Below, piece by piece: positions 28,387 through 39,341 of a DNA stretch of 64,000 nucleotides (positions within the stretch are counted from its first letter, which is position 1; the number at the start of each line of letters is the position of its first letter). The notes beneath the pieces were generated by a model. That model was not told where the DNA came from. It saw only the letters and a list, made by a program, of their open reading frames with translations, and ran no database searches. Position numbers and translations under genes: made by a program. The stretch is from Escherichia phage Ec_YwIITB1: sequence record PQ356294.1. The stretch is one strand, 5' to 3'.

Positions 28387-29117
28387 TCACCATTATAATC
28401 TTTTTTCGCAATATGAGTTTCACCAGTTTTCCACCAATGGTCAACCAAATAAAAATGACGGGAATACACATGAAGGCTCCCGACATTCCATATAATGGAA
28501 CCTGCTTTATACTGGCGAGTTGAATCGCCTGCATTCAAGTCAGATACTAATTTATCTAATACATATTTTTGCCATGCATAATCATTACGGAATCCGAAGA
28601 CAACGTCATTTGAACGCATGCTCACTACTGCATTGACTTTCTTATCACGAATCAGGTATTGTACTGTATTCGTACACATGAAATCTGACATACCATCTTT
28701 ATTGTAGTCAAATTGCATGGATGGACGAGTATAAATCATGATACCGCGTCGAGAATCAGGATTTTGACCAAGTTCAGCTAAACACATATCATACTGGGCA
28801 TAGTTATCTTCTGACCAGATGGCCCAACCATAATTCGAGTTAATTTCGCCTTTAGAAGATGCTACCTGTTGCCAAATCTTCGGCGTTTCACCCGGAATAT
28901 CTTTAACAAACAAACTTTTAGATTTATACCATTCAAGTTCACGCTGAATGTATTCATCATTAAGAGCGCCAAAAATAAAAGGTTCATCTGCTACAAATGA
29001 TGCACCAATAATTTCAATAGTTTTAACGCCAGTTTTATCAATTACGAAATCTTTTTCCTTTAACGCAATTCCCAAATCAAGACGAGTTTCTTCAACTGTC
29101 AAATAATCGTTAATCAT
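28377..29117 (-). CDS. 42: dCMP hydroxymethylase (gp42)
   Basis: 246-aa ORF with thymidylate-synthase-like fold; T4 gp42 length. Confidence 0.9.
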   Translation of the reverse strand: MINDYLTVEETRLDLGIALKEKDFVIDKTGVKTIEIIGASFVADEPFIFGALNDEYIQRELEWYKSKSLFVKDIPGETPKIWQQVASSKGEINSNYGWAIWSEDNYAQYDMCLAELGQNPDSRRGIMIYTRPSMQFDYNKDGMSDFMCTNTVQYLIRDKKVNAVVSMRSNDVVFGFRNDYAWQKYVLDKLVSDLNAGDSTRQYKAGSIIWNVGSLHVYSRHFYLVDHWWKTGETHIAKKDYNGEWK

Positions 29118-29270
29118 TTAAACCTCAATTGATGCATTCATATTTAACTTGTAACAGTAATAAACTCCACCCTATAATAAGCGTTGGAATCATACAAGGA
29201 ACCGTTACGCTATAGTATATACTTATTATAATCATCAAGATTAAAAGCAATACTGTTAAAATTTTGCTTT

Positions 29271-29522
29271 TCATTCCTTCTCTCTGATGATAATTACTTG
29301 ATTTGGTTGTGCGGATTTTTTAGTTTCACCTGCAATTGACCAAATAAATGTAATAAACCAACCAATAATTGACCAGTTAAACAGTAAAGATGTGAAAAAG
29401 ATTCCTACTGTCGATTTTGACCCACGCATCAAGGCGATGAACCACGGAAGCATGTATATAATAATAGCCAACACGCCTGAAACTAAAACCATAAAAATTG
29501 AACCCGCTACTAAAGTTTCCAT
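29271..29522 (-). CDS. imm: Imm immunity (superinfection exclusion) membrane protein
   Basis: 83-aa two-TM ORF METLVAGSIFMVLVSGVLAIIIYMLPWF; T4 Imm length. Confidence 0.85.
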   Translation of the reverse strand: METLVAGSIFMVLVSGVLAIIIYMLPWFIALMRGSKSTVGIFFTSLLFNWSIIGWFITFIWSIAGETKKSAQPNQVIIIREKE

Positions 29523-29529
29523 GTTTTCC

Positions 29530-29910
29530 TCACTTAGTCAAATTTTTTACGCATGAATTATAAGAATTCACTACATACTCCATTGGAGCATTTTTACCCG
29601 TACGCCATTGGTAATTATTAGCCCAATTTGCCCAAAGTTCAGCGCAATAGTTTTCAATTTTTTCTTCGCGTGTAATTACATCCGAATTACGATATGCTTG
29701 GGCAGATTCATCTGGACGAATAGCTTCATCAAAATTCGCCTGCATTTGTTCTACTGTCTGTTTTGGAGCTTCTTTATAACACTTGACGTTAGGATTATAA
29801 AATTTGCTTGAACAGTTTACAATTTTTCCTACATCAGACTGATTTACTACCGGTCCTTGAGCTACACATCCAGTAAGACCCAATGCAATAACCAAAATAG
29901 CGATTTTCAT
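29530..29910 (-). CDS. predicted lipoprotein (imm.1-like, 126 aa); track ORF over-extended
   Basis: ATG at 29910 with GGAGAA SD gives MKIAILVIALGLTGC lipobox; upstream track extension is translated promoter repeat. Confidence 0.6.
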   Translation of the reverse strand: MKIAILVIALGLTGCVAQGPVVNQSDVGKIVNCSSKFYNPNVKCYKEAPKQTVEQMQANFDEAIRPDESAQAYRNSDVITREEKIENYCAELWANWANNYQWRTGKNAPMEYVVNSYNSCVKNLTK

Positions 29911-29943
29911 TTCATTCTCCAAATCCGTATCAGTTGATAGTTG

Positions 29944-29973
29944 TATAGTACCACGGAAGAACAGGGATGTAAA
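29944..29973 (-). promoter_or_regulatory. early promoter module upstream of the imm.1 lipoprotein
   Basis: Minus-strand ATTTAC...TACTATAC; same module as 3271..3301. Confidence 0.55.
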
Positions 29974-30062
29974 TAGTTTTGTGAAAAAATTTTTAATGAA
30001 TTTACAGGACCTAGAATCATCTATTTTTCTTAAGTATAGATTTATATTACTTGTATGAAAAA

Positions 30063-30078
30063 GGGACCCGGAGGTCCC
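30063..30078 (-). terminator. intrinsic terminator downstream of gene 43
   Basis: GGGACCUCCGGGUCCC followed by UUUUU. Confidence 0.7.
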
Positions 30079-30091
30079 TAGATTTATTCTA

Positions 30092-32788
30092 TCAGCCAAA
30101 CAGGAAGTCTAACGAAGCTTTTTCTTCATAGTCCATACCCGCCGATTCACACATGCCCGCAAGCGGTTTAACAAACGATTTTTGGAACAAAGTTGAGTAG
30201 TCAATCCAAGACAGTACGTCAGAACGAATTTCTTTTGGAAGTTCTGTGCCTGATGGCCAAGCAATGCACTTGTCACCAAATGGATTTCCTTCACGTAATG
30301 GAAGAACCATTACCTTATTTCCATCCAAAATTGGAGCTACACCTAAACCACTAACAGCTCGACGATAAGTTAGTACGCCACGAATATGGAACGGGCATTT
30401 AAATCCTGGCCAACCTTTATCATCATATTTCGCTATATCGTTCGCAGTTTTTACTTCAGCAATAACTTTATAGTCAAGTTGACGATATTCTTTCTCAAAG
30501 TTCTTGTAGTATTCTTGGACAGACTCTTCACCTTCCTGAAGAATACGACGAATACTTTCTTCGAGAGCTTCTTGCACTGCTTTTGGTGTTGAGCTCTGTT
30601 GAGTTTCCATACCCATAATTTTTAGATGCGGTTCAGCAAATCGCTTATCTTCCATATCATAAACGTTCAGAGCATAACGTTTTTTCGCTTTCCAAAATCC
30701 ACCAACACCCTTTGAACCAAGCGGAGGGCAAGAAATAGCTTCACGGTCCATATGCATCAGATGCTCGCGATTATTCATATAGTCACATAACTCACGATAT
30801 GCAACATCAATCATAGGTTCCATCTTTTTCTTACCAAACTGATTCATGAATTCAACTAAATCATTTTGTTCTTTAAAGCGATCAAGACCTACTTTTTCAA
30901 TAACTTTATCTACACAAACATATACCGAATCAGTATCACCTGCTGCGATGAAATCTTCACCATTAGTTCCACATACTTTATTCAGATATTCATTAATTTT
31001 GCGAGCAATCCATTGAATACCGACTTGACCGAAAATTGTGATAGCAGTAGCATTTCGCAAATCATAGTAGCGGAAATGAATATTACCAAGAGCACCATAA
31101 AGACTGTTAATAAGAATTTTACGGTTCAGCTGATTTGTGTTAGCAAGTGTAGCAGCTTTTTCACATTCTTCAATCAGACTGTTAAGAACAGATTCGGTGT
31201 AATTCGATAATTCGTTTAAGAAATCATCATTGAACTTAACATATCGTTCAACTTCCGGTTTAGTTGAACAAGACCCTACACCTTTCATAATAATCTTTTT
31301 AATAGCTTCGGCATTCATTTCTTCAGCGAACATTTTCTTTTTCCAATCTTTACGCTGGAAAAATACTTTAGCGATTTCCTTTGGAATGATACCTTCTTGA
31401 TGCTTATCATACATCCATCCATTCGGAGAACAAGAATATTCATCACTTGGCTTAGGAGCTGTTCCTGCGATATATTCATGAATTGGATAAACTTTAAATT
31501 GCCCGCGAATAGTCTCAGGACTAATGTTAACCTGACGAATAATGCTAGGATACAGAGACGTCAAGTCAAAACTCATAATGTATCGACGAGCAATTGGTTT
31601 AGGTTCAAATACAAATGCACCCGGAAAACTCTGTTTAACGTGCGAACCTTGTTGAGGAATAACCTTATGTTCACCTTTCAGTGAGTTAAAAATAATAGCA
31701 TCCCAAGTTTTAATAGGACTCATTACACCAGAAAAAGGCATTTTAGCGTAATAAGACATACTTAAAACTAGATCGATAAACCCACGAATTTTATCAATTG
31801 CTTGAACTGATTCTACGTCAATGATGTTATAACTAATGTATCGCTGATGATTAGTCTCACGAAGTTTATTAATAGGACCATCGTACGGCAATTTACCTTT
31901 TTTGGTTTCATGTTGAGCAACTGATTCCAACGAGAACGATGGCAAATTAGTAAATGCGAACTTCTTGTATAAATCTAAATAATCAAGAATAGATACGCCA
32001 TCAATAGAATAAATTTCTTTACTACCGTACATATTTTGAATTAGTTTAGATTTTACTCGACCGATTGGAGAGAAACGTTTCATACTACGTTCACCGAGAA
32101 CCATTTTAACGCGATTCATGATATACGGAACGTCAAATCCCTCAATATTCCAACCAGTAAAAATAGCAGGTCGTTTCTGTTCCCAAAGATTAATATATTC
32201 CATGAGCATATCACGCTCATTATCAAATGGCATATAAATTACTCGGTCAAGAATTTCTTGAGGAACTTCATCACCACCTTCACAGTCAAGCTTAGCAGCT
32301 AACTTTGCGTCCCATTTTGATACTGAACCGTACATTGAATTCAACAAATCAAAGACGTAAAAACGATCGTCAATTGAATCATAATGAGTGATAGCATCAA
32401 TTTCATATTCTGCTTTCATTGGGTCAGGAAATTTATCACCAGTAACCTCAATGTCACAGTTAGCTACACGAACAAATTTTCGGTCATAAACAATTTCTGA
32501 ACCATATGTATCACTGATATAAGCGAGTTTAAAATCGTTCATACCGAGAGCTTCGAGACCAATGTCTTCCATTCGTTTCATCCAGTCTCGTGCATCTTTC
32601 ATTGATGGAAATTTTTGAGGAGCACAATTTTTACCATAAATGTCTTTGTATTTTGACTCTTCCTTACAATGCCTAAACATAGTCGGAAGATATTCTACTT
32701 CGCGAGTACGTTCCTTTCCACTTTCATCAATATAACGCTCAACAATATTATTTCCGACTGTTTCGATAGAGATATAAAATTCTTTCAT
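30092..32788 (-). CDS. 43: DNA polymerase (gp43), family B
   Basis: 898-aa ORF with exonuclease and polymerase motifs (YGDTDS); T4 gp43 length. Confidence 0.95.
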   Translation of the reverse strand: MKEFYISIETVGNNIVERYIDESGKERTREVEYLPTMFRHCKEESKYKDIYGKNCAPQKFPSMKDARDWMKRMEDIGLEALGMNDFKLAYISDTYGSEIVYDRKFVRVANCDIEVTGDKFPDPMKAEYEIDAITHYDSIDDRFYVFDLLNSMYGSVSKWDAKLAAKLDCEGGDEVPQEILDRVIYMPFDNERDMLMEYINLWEQKRPAIFTGWNIEGFDVPYIMNRVKMVLGERSMKRFSPIGRVKSKLIQNMYGSKEIYSIDGVSILDYLDLYKKFAFTNLPSFSLESVAQHETKKGKLPYDGPINKLRETNHQRYISYNIIDVESVQAIDKIRGFIDLVLSMSYYAKMPFSGVMSPIKTWDAIIFNSLKGEHKVIPQQGSHVKQSFPGAFVFEPKPIARRYIMSFDLTSLYPSIIRQVNISPETIRGQFKVYPIHEYIAGTAPKPSDEYSCSPNGWMYDKHQEGIIPKEIAKVFFQRKDWKKKMFAEEMNAEAIKKIIMKGVGSCSTKPEVERYVKFNDDFLNELSNYTESVLNSLIEECEKAATLANTNQLNRKILINSLYGALGNIHFRYYDLRNATAITIFGQVGIQWIARKINEYLNKVCGTNGEDFIAAGDTDSVYVCVDKVIEKVGLDRFKEQNDLVEFMNQFGKKKMEPMIDVAYRELCDYMNNREHLMHMDREAISCPPLGSKGVGGFWKAKKRYALNVYDMEDKRFAEPHLKIMGMETQQSSTPKAVQEALEESIRRILQEGEESVQEYYKNFEKEYRQLDYKVIAEVKTANDIAKYDDKGWPGFKCPFHIRGVLTYRRAVSGLGVAPILDGNKVMVLPLREGNPFGDKCIAWPSGTELPKEIRSDVLSWIDYSTLFQKSFVKPLAGMCESAGMDYEEKASLDFLFG

Positions 32789-32795
32789 AGATATT

Positions 32796-32825
32796 CCTTA
32801 GTTTATAGCCCGAGTTATTAGGCTC
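32796..32825 (-). promoter_or_regulatory. gp43 autogenous translational operator (RNA hairpin plus SD)
   Basis: mRNA-sense GAGCCUAAUAACUCGGGCUAUAAACUAAGGAAUAUCUAUG: 5-bp stem with 8-nt loop just upstream of the gene 43 SD, matching the known T4 operator architecture. Confidence 0.65.
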
Positions 32826-32846
32826 TTGATATATTATACTCCAAAT

Positions 32847-32864
32847 AAGGGGCCGAAGCCCCTT
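32847..32864 (-). terminator. hairpin downstream of regA
   Basis: GGGGCUUCGGCCCC followed by UUAUUU. Confidence 0.55.
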
Positions 32865-32866
32865 GC

Positions 32867-33235
32867 TTAATTGCCAATCGTATATTTTGGAACGAGTTTC
32901 CATTCGTGTTTTTGTTTAAAAGAAATAACTCGGAAGTTATTAGTTAAATCTTTCATAAAAGTTCTTTGACCAGGAACGATTTCAATCAGTCCCCAATCTT
33001 CTAACAGCCATGCAATCGAATCACGACGAACTTCATCTTCTTCTGTCATTTCAACCTGACGGCCATCCATACGAAGCATTTCTTTAAAATGGACGATATA
33101 GTATAGTCCTTTTTTCTGAAGAATGTGGCAGGACTGATACAGAACTTTATCTTTATTATTAGCAATTCCCATACGAGTCAAGGTTTCTTTTACTTTCAGA
33201 AAATCTTCAGGTTTTTTAAGAGTAATTTCAATCAT
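32867..33235 (-). CDS. regA: RegA translational repressor
   Basis: 122-aa ORF immediately upstream of gene 62, T4 RegA length and position. Confidence 0.88.
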   Translation of the reverse strand: MIEITLKKPEDFLKVKETLTRMGIANNKDKVLYQSCHILQKKGLYYIVHFKEMLRMDGRQVEMTEEDEVRRDSIAWLLEDWGLIEIVPGQRTFMKDLTNNFRVISFKQKHEWKLVPKYTIGN

Positions 33236-33236
33236 T

Positions 33237-33800
33237 TTACCATTCCAATGCTAGTTTTTTGAGTTGTTTCTGTTCTTTTACATTCTTAGTCACTTCTTTT
33301 AAAAAATCATCCGTGACTAAACCTTTTAGTTCTTTTAATACTAAAGGAAGTTTTCCATTTTTAGCAAGAATTGATTTATAGTTAATTGCATCATTTGTAT
33401 TAACTTGATACCGCTTAGCAAGTAACTTAATAATCAATACTTCGGTAGAATCTTCGACAAGTTTTGCCCATTTACCGTATCTTTTGCCCCGAGGAACAGC
33501 AGCCATCAGATAATTAAAATGGGCTTCATCGCTTAAACCTGATCCAATTAAATTCATAGCATACACAGCTGGCATGCATTCAGGAAATTGTGATAATGCA
33601 TTCTCAACCATGTATTTTGAATAATCTTTTTGAGCAATAGAGCATTTAGTTTTATTATTAATAGCTCCAATTATTTCAAAAAATTCATTTTCAGCTTTTT
33701 CCTTAAAAGAATCAGCAGCAGATTGGACAGCTGTCCAATCTTTTGAATACCAAGCAACTTGATGCTCGTTTAATTGAATATCATCTTCAAATAAGCTCAT
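33237..33800 (-). CDS. 62: clamp loader small subunit (gp62)
   Basis: 187-aa ORF between regA and 44. Confidence 0.88.
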   Translation of the reverse strand: MSLFEDDIQLNEHQVAWYSKDWTAVQSAADSFKEKAENEFFEIIGAINNKTKCSIAQKDYSKYMVENALSQFPECMPAVYAMNLIGSGLSDEAHFNYLMAAVPRGKRYGKWAKLVEDSTEVLIIKLLAKRYQVNTNDAINYKSILAKNGKLPLVLKELKGLVTDDFLKEVTKNVKEQKQLKKLALEW

Positions 33801-33801
33801 A

Positions 33802-34761
33802 TCACTTCCACTGCATTTCGCATGCTAATTGAATGAAAAGATATGCTAAATGTAATTCAGTATTAGCCGCAATTCCATGATACTGGTTATTTTCACCAAC
33901 AATTTCATACATACGAATAATACTTTGCGGAGTTACACGTGTATAGATTTCTTCGGCAAGTTTACCTACGAACCACGAATAATCAGCTGCATATTTTGGC
34001 GCTAAAGCTCTGAGCTGTTTAACATCTTTATTTTTGAGAGACTCAAGAACATCATCAATAGCACCACGATCGTTAGTAACCAGTGATAAAATACCAGCAT
34101 CCAAAACACCTTTAGATGAATAACTATCGAGCTCACCAATAGTTTTACGAAAATCCGGAAAATTCTTTTTAACCAAAGCTGCTACAACTTTCATATCAGC
34201 TATAGCAATTCCTTCATGCTTGCAGATTTCAGTCAATCGACGAATCATCTGCTTCATCATTTCAATTTTATCTTCATCAGTCGGTTGACCGAACGTAATA
34301 ACTCGGCAGCGTGACTGAAGCGGTTTAATAATACCATCAATATTGTTAGCAGTAATAATAATACTGCAGTTTGAACTATAAGCTTCCATAAAGGAACGAA
34401 GATGTCGTTGAGACTCTGCTAGCCCTGAACGGTCAAATTCATCAATAACGATTACTTTTTGACGACCATCAAATGAAGCTGCACTAGCAAAATTAGTCAA
34501 AGGACCACGAACGAAATCAATTTTACAGTCTGATCCATTCACAAACATCATATCAGCATTTACATCATGACACAATGCTTTTGCTACAGTTGTTTTACCT
34601 GTTCCTGGAGAAGGAGAATGAAGAATAATATGTGGAATCTTACCTTTACTTGTAATAGATTTAAAGGTTTCTTTATCAAAGGCGGGAAGAATACATTCAT
34701 CGATAGTAGATGGACGATATTTCTGTTCAAGAATGTGTTCTTTTTCATTTACAGTAATCAT
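33802..34761 (-). CDS. 44: clamp loader large subunit (gp44, AAA+)
   Basis: 319-aa ORF from MITVNEKEH with Walker A SPGTGKT; track start 34776 is a short extension. Confidence 0.9.
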   Translation of the reverse strand: MITVNEKEHILEQKYRPSTIDECILPAFDKETFKSITSKGKIPHIILHSPSPGTGKTTVAKALCHDVNADMMFVNGSDCKIDFVRGPLTNFASAASFDGRQKVIVIDEFDRSGLAESQRHLRSFMEAYSSNCSIIITANNIDGIIKPLQSRCRVITFGQPTDEDKIEMMKQMIRRLTEICKHEGIAIADMKVVAALVKKNFPDFRKTIGELDSYSSKGVLDAGILSLVTNDRGAIDDVLESLKNKDVKQLRALAPKYAADYSWFVGKLAEEIYTRVTPQSIIRMYEIVGENNQYHGIAANTELHLAYLFIQLACEMQWK

Positions 34762-34792
34762 AATTTCCTCATTCAAGTTTTAGTGTAAATTT

Positions 34793-34808
34793 AAGGGCCG
34801 AAGCCCTT
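34793..34808 (-). terminator. UUCG hairpin between genes 45 and 44
   Basis: AAGGGCUUCGGCCCUU directly after the gene 45 stop. Confidence 0.45.
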
Positions 34809-34810
34809 TA

Positions 34811-35497
34811 TTAAAAGTCGTGGGTAGAATCAGCTTCAAGAGCTACTACATAATTCGCGTGTTCACCTTCAAATTTAGCAGCGCCTTGTTTGCCTTTTGC
34901 CCAAAGCAGAAGTTTATAATTTCCTGGTTGCATTTTCATATTTGCCATATTGATAATGAAATTAAATGTATTTTCACCGTCATAATCACCAAGAGTCAAA
35001 GAATATTTAACACGGGTCAAAGCAGAATCTTCTACTTTATTAAAACCGTTAATTACGATTTTACCTTCTTTTACTGTGATAGCAATTGTATCAATCTGCA
35101 GACCACGAGATACACGCAACAGTTGTTGAAGGTCTTCAGCTTTAATTTCAGTAACAACAGATGCTACCGGGAATGGAATTGGTTTATTAGGAGCCACTAC
35201 TGTGCTCGGATCAGCTGCTGGCCAAAAAATTGTTGAACGAGCATCAGCGATTTTAATATTTCCATCTTCTGACTGGGAAATTTCTGCATCGTCATTAACT
35301 AAGGACAGAATACCGAGAAAACCGTTCAAATCGTAAATTGCTACATCAAAATCAATAGTGTCAGAAATATTTGCTTCCGCATAAGTTGTACCATTAACTG
35401 CGCGAGTCATAATAAATTGACCAGATTTAAGCATAATGCCAGAGTTAATAGTAGCGAAATTTTTAAGCAGAGCAGTAGTATCTTTAGACAGTTTCAT
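34811..35497 (-). CDS. 45: sliding clamp (gp45)
   Basis: 228-aa ORF; T4 gp45 length and position. Confidence 0.9.
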   Translation of the reverse strand: MKLSKDTTALLKNFATINSGIMLKSGQFIMTRAVNGTTYAEANISDTIDFDVAIYDLNGFLGILSLVNDDAEISQSEDGNIKIADARSTIFWPAADPSTVVAPNKPIPFPVASVVTEIKAEDLQQLLRVSRGLQIDTIAITVKEGKIVINGFNKVEDSALTRVKYSLTLGDYDGENTFNFIINMANMKMQPGNYKLLLWAKGKQGAAKFEGEHANYVVALEADSTHDF

Positions 35498-35552
35498 GTA
35501 ATTTCCTTCAATTCAAGTGAGATTTAATTTTATAACTAATTTAATAAAGCAA

Positions 35553-35942
35553 TTAACGATTAAAATCGGCAGCAATTGTTTCCGCAACAAGTTGAGCAGC
35601 GACAATTAGGCGTTCATCTGCATTACCGCAATAATCGTCTTCAAGGCGCTCACCGCATGAAGTCATAATAAATTTAGCACCAGCATTTAAAGATTCTGTC
35701 GTATGTTTGCGCATTAGTTCAATCCATTTATTGCTTACTTCGCGATCGATAGCTTCATAATACGCATGACGAGCAGGTGCAGATTTAATTTTATTCTGAA
35801 TAACTTCCATTGCGTTATCAGAAAGAGACAAAACCCATGCTCGACGAATTTTATTTTGGTTTTGTGGATTTGAATCAGAACGCACATGTTTTGGCTGAAT
35901 ATCTTTTACATCAACAGTATAATTCACAGTAATTTTAGTCAT
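35553..35942 (-). CDS. rpbA: RNA polymerase binding protein RpbA
   Basis: 129-aa ORF upstream of 45. Confidence 0.75.
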   Translation of the reverse strand: MTKITVNYTVDVKDIQPKHVRSDSNPQNQNKIRRAWVLSLSDNAMEVIQNKIKSAPARHAYYEAIDREVSNKWIELMRKHTTESLNAGAKFIMTSCGERLEDDYCGNADERLIVAAQLVAETIAADFNR

Positions 35943-35951
35943 AATACACCT

Positions 35952-36140
35952 TTAGTCATAATAATCAGTAACAGTCCAAGCTTCATTTCTGTTGGACATT
36001 ATTTTCGTATATTCTGCTTTAAATGCATTCTTAAGCATAGATTCAGTAACTATATGCTCTTCATTAGAAAAATTATTTCTCAGAATATATCGTTTTATTT
36101 CAGGAATAGTTAATAGATGCTGTCCAGTTGAATATTCCAT
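35952..36140 (-). CDS. hypothetical protein (45.2-like, 62 aa)
   Basis: Small ORF between 46 and rpbA. Confidence 0.5.
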   Translation of the reverse strand: MEYSTGQHLLTIPEIKRYILRNNFSNEEHIVTESMLKNAFKAEYTKIMSNRNEAWTVTDYYD

Positions 36141-36195
36141 GTTTTTCCTCCATAGAGATTATACTCTAATAAATTAAAGCATAATCTCTTATAAA

Positions 36196-37878
36196 TTAAA
36201 CCATTACAGTAAATCGACCAACTTTCTTCATTTGAAGATGCTGACCATATTCTTGTGGGTCATGATCTTTATGTGAAATTATAAAAACATTAGTATTTTT
36301 TAAACTATCTAAAATAGTTGAAATAGCTTTTACACCTTCAACATCAGTTGCTGAATCAAAAACTTCATCGAGAATTAGTGTGTTTATTTTAACACCTGAA
36401 ACTTTTTCAGCAATATCACGCCAAGTAAATAAAAGAGCAATATCAATTCGTGCTTTTTCACCTTCACTAAATGAAGCATAACTAAAATCTTCACGACCAC
36501 GGGATTTAATTGTCTCATTAAATTCTTCATCTAATGTAAACACATAATCCGCTTCCATTATTTTAAGATAATGGTTAATCTGCTTATTAAATAATGGAAT
36601 GTACTTTTTAATAATAGCACCTTTAATACCAGAATCTTTGAGCATATCAGTCAAAATTCCTCTGTGGTATTTTTCCATTACCAAATTAGTTTTTGTCTTA
36701 ACAATTTTATCAAGTTCTTCTTGAAGCAGTGCTATTTCATCAGCATGGTCAATAAACTCAGATGATGCTTTTTCTATAGCTGCTTTAACTTTTTTAGCTT
36801 TATCTACAGTCGTGATTAGAGATTGCTTTTTATTGCGAATATCATTTGCCAACGTCTGCTGGGTTTTAATATTATCTCGGTATTCATCAACAAGAACTTT
36901 TAAATTATCACGATGTGTTGAAAGCTGTTCAAACGAATGTGTGCATTCAGAAACTTTATCTTTAATTTTAGAAACAACTTTATCACCGGAACTTAATTGT
37001 GACAAACAGGTTGGACATAATCCACCTTCGTGATACATATTAATGACTTTATTATACGAGTCAATTTTTGATTTAATTAAAAATGCTTCTTGACCGATTT
37101 TATTAAATGCATCAGTCGGGTCTTCATCCAAAACAATATTAACTAATCTTTCATTAGCTTCTTCTATTTCCGATTTTAGCGTTCTGGCTTCTTTTGCCAA
37201 ATCATCATACATATTCTGTAGACGAGTGAGGTTATCACCAGTTAATTTTTTCTGGCGTTCAACGTTATCATTATATATTTTAATTTGCTGGATAATACTA
37301 TCTTTTTTAACATCAAGCACTTGGTTTTGTGAATTTAATTCACGTATTAGTGCTTTATTGAGCTTATCCATTTCAGCTAATGTTCCTACTTCGAGCAGGT
37401 CTTCGACAAGCTTTCTTCTTGCAGGAGTGGATAGGCCCATAAAAGGGGTATATCCAGCCGTGCCGAGTACGACGATCTGTTTGAAACTGGCGTATGACAT
37501 TCCGATAAGCTGTTCAAATTCTGCTTGGAAATCTTTACTGCTGGCAGATTCATTAAGACGTGTACCGTTAACGGTGATTTCGAAAACATTCGGTTTTTGT
37601 CCTCTTTTGATGTAGTACTTTTTTTCATCATATTCCATCCACAGTTCAACTAAAAGTTCTTTCTTATTTGTGCTGTTTATTAATTGACCTTTCTTTACAT
37701 CACGAAATGGCTTGCCAAAAAGCCCAAATGTGATGGCTTCTAACATAGTAGACTTACCACCGCCATTTCGCCCGGTAATAAGAGTTTTTTGAACCTTATC
37801 TAGTTGAATGTCAATAGGATTTCCACCTACTGACATTATATTTTGATACCTAACTCGGTTTAATTTAAAATTCTTCAC
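36196..37878 (-). CDS. 46: recombination nuclease subunit gp46 (Rad50/SbcC-like ATPase)
   Basis: 560-aa ORF with N-terminal Walker A (GRNGGGKST), coiled coil and CxxC zinc hook. Confidence 0.92.
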   Translation of the reverse strand: MKNFKLNRVRYQNIMSVGGNPIDIQLDKVQKTLITGRNGGGKSTMLEAITFGLFGKPFRDVKKGQLINSTNKKELLVELWMEYDEKKYYIKRGQKPNVFEITVNGTRLNESASSKDFQAEFEQLIGMSYASFKQIVVLGTAGYTPFMGLSTPARRKLVEDLLEVGTLAEMDKLNKALIRELNSQNQVLDVKKDSIIQQIKIYNDNVERQKKLTGDNLTRLQNMYDDLAKEARTLKSEIEEANERLVNIVLDEDPTDAFNKIGQEAFLIKSKIDSYNKVINMYHEGGLCPTCLSQLSSGDKVVSKIKDKVSECTHSFEQLSTHRDNLKVLVDEYRDNIKTQQTLANDIRNKKQSLITTVDKAKKVKAAIEKASSEFIDHADEIALLQEELDKIVKTKTNLVMEKYHRGILTDMLKDSGIKGAIIKKYIPLFNKQINHYLKIMEADYVFTLDEEFNETIKSRGREDFSYASFSEGEKARIDIALLFTWRDIAEKVSGVKINTLILDEVFDSATDVEGVKAISTILDSLKNTNVFIISHKDHDPQEYGQHLQMKKVGRFTVMV

Positions 37879-38138
37879 AAAAGATTCCTTTTAATGTATC
37901 TTTTAGACCATTCTATCATATCATCATAATCTAAAAAGTATTCATCAAATTCAGCCATGCAAACAACACCTTTCGCTGCTTTTGATGTGATATAAATTAT
38001 TCCAACATATCTAGAATCTTCTTCGGTGTAATCAATATTTGCTATGAATTCATCGTTAATGTCAAATGTCGAAAACTTCACAGTATGCATCCTTAATACA
38101 AGATACAGCCATATCTTGTAATGATTTAGGTGTGTCAT
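37875..38138 (-). CDS. hypothetical protein (46.1-like)
   Basis: 87-aa ORF with ATGA overlap onto gene 46. Confidence 0.5.
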   Translation of the reverse strand: MTHLNHYKIWLYLVLRMHTVKFSTFDINDEFIANIDYTEEDSRYVGIIYITSKAAKGVVCMAEFDEYFLDYDDMIEWSKRYIKRNLL

Positions 38139-38325
38139 TATCTAAAATGTTGAAGTTAAAAGATACAGCCCAATCAGTGCAGACCGTAACCTTTTTAATA
38201 CAATTATCTTCAATCTCTAGCGGTTCAAACCAATATTCAATAATTTCTTTATGCCCAATATCATCTTTTACTTCGCATTCAAAATGCTGACTCATCATAA
38301 CATTTTTAAATTCATCAAAAGTCAT
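38062..38325 (-). CDS. hypothetical protein (46.2-like)
   Basis: 87-aa ORF between 47 and 46. Confidence 0.5.
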   Translation of the reverse strand: MTFDEFKNVMMSQHFECEVKDDIGHKEIIEYWFEPLEIEDNCIKKVTVCTDWAVSFNFNILDNDTPKSLQDMAVSCIKDAYCEVFDI

Positions 38326-39341
38326 TGTGTTGCCTCTACATATAACTGATTTGCATATTGAATAAGTGCTTCGCGGTCAGAATCAGTGATGTCTGGAATT
38401 GCATTAATGTATTCTTCCATTAACGTCTGAAGAGATTGAACTTCAACTTCTTCGCTATCATCTGACTCGACAGAGTTATCAATCTTTGACACAACTCGTA
38501 ATGAATGCACAACTTTTTCTAGTTCAGATTCGAACTTCGTCAGATTTTTGTCTACTTCAGTTACTATAACACGTACTGATAGATTTGTAAAATCTTTATA
38601 GTCAATTTTTCCCTTAAATGGATATTGAATTCGACGATGCCAGGTAGTGCTGTTTGGAATAAATTCCATTCGTTCTGTTTCTGTATCAAACATCCAGAAC
38701 CCGCGAGGGTCATTCTCGTCACCTGCAGTTAGTGTCCATGGTGTCCCAATATATCTGACGTTAGCAGCCTCAGAGATAGTATGGAAGTGACCAGACCACA
38801 CCTCTTTATAAGTCTTAAGGAAATCAGGTTCAAGACCGTGAGATTTCATTCCTTTATAAAAATAAAATCCATTCAGCTCCCAGTGACCAACACAAAAAGA
38901 AGCAGATGAAGTTTTGATGTGCTCAAGAATTTCACCAGTATTTTCTTCACACATCCAAGGAATTAAATCAATCAAACATCCGTCAAAATCTACTGTAGTA
39001 GGCTTATCATATACTTTAACATTAGGATATTTAGCCAAAAGCTCAGTAGAAGCATTTGGATGCATTACATTTTTGTAGTGGAGATCGTGATTTCCTACAA
39101 TAGTATGTAATGTGATTCCAGCATCATCAAGCATTTGAACTATTTCACGAGCGAACTCCATAGTTTTATGTGTGATTGCTTTTCGCACATCAAAAATATC
39201 GCCGTATTGAATCCATACAGTAATTCCGTTTTTCTTAGAATATTCTATTGCTTGTTTAATTCCATCAATTTGAATACCGCGAATCCACTCATCATCAGCT
39301 TTAACGCCTAAATGCCAATCACCCAAGTTTAGTATTTTCAT
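38322..39341 (-). CDS. 47: recombination nuclease subunit gp47 (Mre11/SbcD-like)
   Basis: 339-aa ORF with metallophosphoesterase motifs (GDWH, GNHD). Confidence 0.92.
   Translation of the reverse strand: MKILNLGDWHLGVKADDEWIRGIQIDGIKQAIEYSKKNGITVWIQYGDIFDVRKAITHKTMEFAREIVQMLDDAGITLHTIVGNHDLHYKNVMHPNASTELLAKYPNVKVYDKPTTVDFDGCLIDLIPWMCEENTGEILEHIKTSSASFCVGHWELNGFYFYKGMKSHGLEPDFLKTYKEVWSGHFHTISEAANVRYIGTPWTLTAGDENDPRGFWMFDTETERMEFIPNSTTWHRRIQYPFKGKIDYKDFTNLSVRVIVTEVDKNLTKFESELEKVVHSLRVVSKIDNSVESDDSEEVEVQSLQTLMEEYINAIPDITDSDREALIQYANQLYVEATQ

Noticed and set aside
30866-31684. Plus-strand ORFs inside DNA polymerase gene 43
   Set aside because: Antisense to gene 43; no start context.
34820-35236. 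138-aa plus-strand ORF antisense to gene 45
   Set aside because: Overlaps the sliding clamp gene entirely on the opposite strand; no SD.
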